From: Chrysochromulina tobinii
Taxonomy: Eukaryota
Reading direction: 5' to 3'
Assembly (NCBI GenBank): GCA_001275005.1
Contig: JWZX01002746.1
Location: 1-41,484, forward strand
Length of the DNA stretch: 41,484 nt
Below the pieces are notes generated by a model. It had not been told where the DNA came from, ran no database searches, and worked only from the letters and a program-made list of their open reading frames with translations. The translations under genes and the position numbers were made by a program. This document shows, in pieces, positions 39,401 to 41,484 of the stretch (positions are counted from its first letter, which is position 1; the number at the start of each line of letters is the position of its first letter).

Positions 39401-40155
39401 CAAAGTGCTGGCAGTGCGCCCACAACAAGCCCAAGTCGGCGACGAAGCCGGTCGACCCGTTGCTCAAGAACGGCGACGTGGCCGGAGTGCGGACGGTGGT
39501 CGCGAGCACCTTTAAGGAGGAGGTCTTGAAGCACTGCGCCAAGACGGGCGCCAACTTTGTGCTCTTCTACTCGAAGGGGCGGTACGCGGCCAAAGAGGTG
39601 CTCGCGGAGTGGGCGCAGCTCGGCAAGCTCTTCGAAGGCATGCCGCTGCACGTGAGCGTCTTCGACCTCGATGAGAACGACCTGCAGGAGGAGCAGGGCC
39701 TGAGCGAGAGCGACAAGCAGATGCTGGCCGAAGTGCTCAAGCGCTCGTGCGACGACGAGGTGCGCTCGCTCGAGCAGCAGCTGCGCGAACGAGACGTCGA
39801 GCTCCAGCAGCTTCGAGCACGCACGCGCCAGGGGGTCATGGAGCAGGTGATGCGCCGGACGCTGCGCCGCGACCTGCACCGTGGATTCCGGTCGTGGCGG
39901 GCTACGTGGATCGATCGGCTCGAGCAGCTGCGTCTGCTTCGGCGTGCGGCGAGCGGCTTCCGCTCGCCAGTCAAAGTGACGGTCGGCTGCAGCTTCGGCT
40001 CGCCATTGACGAGAAGCTCAGCACAGCGGGAGCAGCGCGAGGCGCACTTCCGCGCCGACCTGCAGGCGGCACACACGCGGCGCAAGCAGGAGCTCGCGTG
40101 CGCAAGGGCTGCAGTGCAGCGTGCCGAGATCCGGAGGCCGAGCGTTCACATGTGA
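36493..40155 (+). CDS. Large multidomain ORF: EQEQEQ motif, EF-hand, beta-sandwich (LamG/ConA-like), RanBP2-type Zn finger, thioredoxin-like fold without CxxC, coiled coil; possibly 5'-truncated
   Basis: 1220-codon ORF with strong GC3 bias (first ATG at 36661). QEQEQEQEEEKEQE; EF-hand DINQDSLLQLNE; WEQVTIVVDC..GTLAVYLNGE; WPCRMC...KCWQC; VRTVVASTFKEEVL...FVLFYS...DLDEND. Confidence 0.72.
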   Translation: MQLEGGAKRRSERLFVQRRAWLVSWLGRSPRPQSLKSFIEDLSLTIPDDYKPVQGFMDNLKDMYQKNKGQICDQLSQDAVKRIFAKVEQMTFTADDSGLSQEQEQEQEEEKEQETVPRDDDQPVILSDLAFARTNEEAVPWKIPWLAEPKKCIFDARTDAAREPTPTEGDTLPAGCFYHANQFGIHHGERIAALPDDLLISRNFYNPEWKGPRRVKNVVVLLEWIPSLRALAQERGGSTRGDTPPALAQERGGGAGASGVPALDAKVDSRQISEVLWDLFACGNKLTKYGLQQILGRVLYGEHTDEKDVDSMMKELVGNQGSTHALTSKEQLQRILESVALGTELKGRHFVAITLREAEVLRATIHARSRRRSSEPSMLLDGGQDTVVGLRLVSSSGFRLLDASHKFPDYADRQLRRACEVLRFLDQQTHFSEPATLELLRVFNQTDLHTREHFRRQMLLGRRRENPLLEHTPLWTVLQSPSELALLQRTALRTFLQMGLRCESMVAKSIFGWMDINQDSLLQLNELAIGLAVLELSNTDADCLMWLSAIDSDSLEISLRKFTEFLETGASAATPASGPDAETDMEKQANWRPKVLFSTLCELRQRAELDLAATVQGRRDKLVRVVKELRDRKAKELKQRNERISTQQRKLLLIYEQEEEQNLGPNPAMKRGEIVYSFSRLNLPKNIEFHGLPDFMPEVDKQYEGKQYFALHELAYFYVRPIRVDRTSSQLADGKDVSAEPTPAESTPAECTQPTGASAEPTPLMTKGAADGSGAADERDEDEPRPQCLPRYSIYLHMKVTGKPSIPLHLVEIMPPEDDGDELATLQLETNMKVCDTMQIESSLRQWTSSSLVLKSDCWEQVTIVVDCVMGTLAVYLNGEQMYEVQDAKKICLPQLDAKGNLLVNGPFALWPHAGFKMFQESDVAGVKVALREMSISQEAMTAEQVRKQHEERGAWPCRMCHRMLGADRTKCWQCAHNKPKSATKPVDPLLKNGDVAGVRTVVASTFKEEVLKHCAKTGANFVLFYSKGRYAAKEVLAEWAQLGKLFEGMPLHVSVFDLDENDLQEEQGLSESDKQMLAEVLKRSCDDEVRSLEQQLRERDVELQQLRARTRQGVMEQVMRRTLRRDLHRGFRSWRATWIDRLEQLRLLRRAASGFRSPVKVTVGCSFGSPLTRSSAQREQREAHFRADLQAAHTRRKQELACARAAVQRAEIRRPSVHM

Positions 40156-40395
40156 GTACAGTCGTTGTTTTTTAAGGGTGCTTCCTAAAAACCTAAAACG
40201 GCCGCCACCGATGTACGATCGCACGCACGCTCTCCTCGGCGGCTGCTCTGTCGCATCACGAGACTACCACGTACCAGACACCAGTGAGGGACCGAGCGGA
40301 CACCAGACAGCGAGACACCAGCGACCGGCAGACACCTCACCGGACCGCTCACCTCGCTCGCTCTCGCCTCGATCCCGCCTCGCTCGCGCGCGTGC

Positions 40396-41013
40396 TCATG
40401 GTTTGGCGTAGTTGCGGGTGTTGCCGCCGTGCTGCAGTCCCTGGAGGTTGTACTGGAGGCCGATGTACTCGTAGCACTTGATGACGATGTGGCCCTGCTC
40501 GTACGCGTCCAGGTAGTCCTTGAAGCTCTGGCCCTGGCTCATGGACGGGCGCTTGGGGTCGACGTGGTCAAGTTGGAAGGACGAGACACCGTACGGTACG
40601 CCAGAACGGCTCACGTAGCCGAGAGCCCGGCCGGTCTTGCAGCAGATCAGCTTGCCCTCGGCGCCGAGCATCTCCTTGAGTTTGATGGCGCCCTCTTTCG
40701 GCGCTCCGTCCTTGGTCCGCTTGGTGTACGACTGCGCGAGCGGGAACTGCTTGATGGCCTTCTTGTCGATGTAGTATCTTGGCCTACCCGTAGCGCCCCG
40801 TGTCACGCACAAGGGCGCGCCCTTGATGGGCAGCCACTCGGCGATGACGCGCTTGCCGGGCTCCACCTTGCCTTTCTTCTTCTTGAGGGGTGCCTTGTCG
40901 ACGACGCCGTTCTGGAAGTGTGCGCGCGCGTGCTCGCTGCGGTGTGCGCCCTTGATGCGGCGGTTCTTGGTGGCGTGGTTCTTGGCGGCGCGCGCGCGCT
41001 TGCGCACAGTCAT
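40396..41013 (-). CDS. Basic 205-aa protein with HNH/His-Me endonuclease-like C-terminal motif
   Basis: ATG-initiated ORF with strongly biased codon use and a Lys/Arg-rich N-terminus. CCKTG...FQLDHVDP...YEQGHIVIKC resembles the C..TG...LDH/RxD...Y..xN+..+C beta-beta-alpha-Me pattern. The product call is tentative. Confidence 0.6.
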   Translation of the reverse strand: MTVRKRARAAKNHATKNRRIKGAHRSEHARAHFQNGVVDKAPLKKKKGKVEPGKRVIAEWLPIKGAPLCVTRGATGRPRYYIDKKAIKQFPLAQSYTKRTKDGAPKEGAIKLKEMLGAEGKLICCKTGRALGYVSRSGVPYGVSSFQLDHVDPKRPSMSQGQSFKDYLDAYEQGHIVIKCYEYIGLQYNLQGLQHGGNTRNYAKP

Positions 41014-41067
41014 CCTCTGAGTCTAGCTTTCCGCGAGGAGTGCGGTGAAGTTTGCGCATGCATACCA

Positions 41068-41174
41068 AAGTCAAGTCAAGTCAAGTCAAGCCACCACTGC
41101 TGGCCGCCGGAGCACAATCGATAAGCTTCCGTATGGTTGTTGTCTAGTGTTTATGTGAGACTTGACTTGACTTG
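41068..41174. repeat. Inverted pair of (CAAGT)n pentamer arrays
   Basis: AAG(TCAAG)4 at 41068-41090 and GACTTGACTTGACTTG at 41159-41174. Confidence 0.85.
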
Positions 41175-41484
41175 CTATCAGCTTGTTCTCGGATCAAAAA
41201 GCGTATCGTTGCCGGCATCGAGATGGGGCAGACTTGATGCCGTTACTCGAGTCTCGACCCAAAGGAGAGTGGAGTGGTCTACTATTTTCATGTTTATAAG
41301 GGCCCAACCCTGCACCTGTTTGGGAATTGAATGCTAGGAAAATGTGAAGCGGCGTTGCAAACGAATATTTATGTCACGGTTGGGGCGGCGGCAGCGGCTG
41401 CGGCGACCCCAGCGGCGGCGGCGGTGGCGGCGCCTTTGCCTGCTTACGTAATCGCGCGCGCTACGACTCCAACGCCTCTACGGC

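Noticed and set aside
41380..41484. GGC-rich tract at the window end
   Set aside because: Too short and truncated to assign. It may belong to a gene outside the window.
1..41484. tRNA, rRNA, transposase or reverse-transcriptase genes
   Set aside because: I recognised no cloverleaf, rRNA signature, DDE or RT motifs by eye. tRNAscan-SE, Infernal and HMM searches would be needed to exclude them formally.

Overview
This is GC-rich eukaryotic nuclear DNA, not a prokaryotic window. The compact gene packing, short repeat-filled spliceosomal introns (one with a GC donor), a bipartite plastid-targeting leader and flagellar genes point to a flagellated alga with a secondary plastid. A haptophyte such as Chrysochromulina is my best inference. 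About 16 genes are present: cytochrome c, NHP2, eIF2-alpha, RNF113A/CWC24, a C2 + RP2/TBCC + tandem BART-like fusion, an Asp/Asn beta-hydroxylase-domain protein, an ABCC/MRP transporter, a plastid TLDc protein, TMEM186, a DnaJ/DnaJ-X chaperone, a bacterial-type carbon-nitrogen hydrolase, a split F-box/ankyrin-like gene, an AAAP amino-acid transporter, a tandem cNMP-binding protein, a KIF27-like kinesin-4, a probably 5'-truncated EF-hand/Zn-finger ORF and a small HNH-like ORF. Three observations stand out. (1) Four introns have nearly identical sequence across their donor and acceptor junctions (up to 20/22 nt) and short-period internal repeats, which suggests recent intron gain by duplication or insertion. 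(2) One polypeptide appears to join an ARL3 GAP domain to two BART-like ARL2/3-binding domains and a C2 domain. (3) An HNH-like ORF lies next to inverted (CAAGT)n arrays. I found no CRISPR array, rRNA or tRNA. All assignments come from motif recognition by eye; no database searches were run.
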